Shown here: positions 63,913 to 64,000 of the stretch, one piece after another
Position numbering within the stretch: position 1 is the stretch's first letter
How the letters are laid out: each line of letters starts with the position of its first letter
From: Ministeria vibrans ATCC 50519
Lineage: Eukaryota > Protista > Filasterea
Length of the DNA: 64,000 bases
Direction of reading: 5' to 3'
NCBI GenBank assembly: GCA_943704425.1
Contig: CALSCP010000257.1
Span: 13,403 to 77,402 of the forward strand
Program-made: the position numbers and the translations under genes
Notes under the pieces: generated by a model
What the model was told of the DNA's origin: nothing
Database searches by the model: none
The model's input: only the letters and a program-made list of their open reading frames with translations

Positions 63913-64000
<88 letters not shown>
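63855..64000. repeat. Intronic compound (ATT)n/(GTT)n microsatellite
   Basis: ATT and GTT trinucleotide runs continuing to the window end. Confidence 0.95.

Overview
Compact, intron-containing eukaryotic genomic DNA with GC-rich exons, AT-rich or microsatellite-filled introns, intergenic gaps of about 60-450 bp, and one 369-nt assembly gap. The gene content suggests a unicellular holozoan (inference): furin-type convertase, SHB-type SH2 adaptor, Kelch receptor kinases, PHF12 with FHA domain, and a fungal/protist-type OCA2 pseudophosphatase. I can support 18 protein-coding loci, in order: CCP1/AGTPBP1-like deglutamylase (5' partial), SMYD methyltransferase, 3' half of an acetyl-CoA hydrolase/CoA-transferase, 3' part of a Sox/TCF-type HMG-box factor, spatacsin (SPG11), EBP/EXPERA protein, furin-like convertase, SKI3/TTC37, SHB-family adaptor, CAMKL kinase, large F-box protein, GCN1, PHF12, ZSWIM7, FA2H, cactin, OCA2-like PFA-DSP and PEDS1/TMEM189. 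Two further loci are tandem Kelch-Cys-rich-EGF receptor kinases. Most notable: (1) a receptor pair made of an apparently active non-RD kinase and a paralogous pseudokinase with a ~180-aa activation segment; (2) a 2.7-kb block of two 5'-truncated genes bounded by simple repeats, apparently lodged at the 5' end of SPG11 (rearrangement or misassembly); (3) an animal-like SHB adaptor with a YxxP array; (4) giant intron-free central exons in long genes; (5) a dispersed intronic ~15-20-bp repeat. Exon boundaries were read by eye from GT-AG sites and frame. Family calls come from recalled motifs; no database search was run.
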